From NCBI RefSeq assembly GCF_009914755.1, contig NC_060935.1: a stretch of DNA of 64,000 bases; one strand, given 5' to 3'. This document shows, in pieces, positions 63,575 through 64,000 of this stretch. Position 1 is the stretch's first letter, and every line of letters starts with the position of its first letter. Origin of the DNA: the human T2T-CHM13v2.0 reference genome, Homo sapiens. The notes below the pieces were generated by a model. It saw only the letters and a program-made list of their open reading frames with translations. It made no database searches and had not been told where the DNA came from. Both the position numbers and the translations under genes were made by a program.

Positions 63575-63927
63575 GTAAGGCTCGCTGCAGGAGGAGGCTG
63601 GGTTGCTTGCGGGCGCCTAGATGGAGGGGCCCAGATTGGCCCTGGGGTGGTCGACCGCACGTTCTCCTCGGCCCCGTGGTTGGCTTCTCTCTCTCAGGGA
63701 TGAGGGTGGGTTTAGGACGGGAGCTTGAAATGTTTGAAGTGGCCCCATCAACTTGCTCTAAATCCAGGTATTTTTCTAATTTCATTCCTCCCTGAGGGCC
63801 TCAGTTTCCCCTCGGTGTAAGGGATCAGTGGCCCTTTCAACTCTGCTTTGGTGAGGGGTCGGGGGTGGTTGTGAGTTGGGGCCTAGAGGAGCAGTTAAAC
63901 TCTTGGGGTTTTTTTTTCTTTTTTTTT

Positions 63928-64000
63928 GGCCAGGCGCAGTGGCTCACGCCTGCAATCCCAGCACTTTGGGAGGTCAGGAGTGTGAGACCAGCCTGGCCAA
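63928..64000 (+). mobile_element. Alu 5' end, truncated by the window edge
   Basis: GGCCAGGCGCAGTGGCTCACGCCTGCAATCCCAGC. Confidence 0.85.

Overview
Human genomic DNA recognisable as the gene-dense 11q13.1 cluster, identified from translated exons and recalled protein sequences (no database search was run). Left 28.5 kb, in order: VPS51 exons 3-10 (+), TM7SF2 (+), intronless ZNHIT2 (-), FAU (-) head-to-head with MRPL49 (+), and SYVN1/HRD1 (-) tail-to-tail with MRPL49, with the mirtron MIR6751 in a SYVN1 intron. I placed exons from GT-AG sites; the spliced lengths give the expected proteins (TM7SF2 418 aa, ZNHIT2 403 aa, FAU 133 aa, MRPL49 166 aa, SYVN1 617/616 aa). From 28.6 to 62.3 kb is a repeat-saturated intergenic block: dozens of Alus, old L1M, L2/MIR, MaLR and ERV1 LTRs, HSMAR2, Tigger4, a HIGD1A processed pseudogene, a U2 snRNA pseudogene and a PDCL3-derived fragment. 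The promoter and exon 1 of SPDYC lie at the right end. I found no convincing wholly new biological system. The best unexplained items are a ~120-bp diverged direct duplication bracketing FAU, an orphan CpG-rich patch ~4 kb upstream of SPDYC, a possibly divergent ER-stress promoter upstream of SYVN1, a strong-context uORF in TM7SF2, an NMD-immune SYVN1 last-intron read-through that would drop the p97-binding motif, and a cap-proximal SPDYC ATG.
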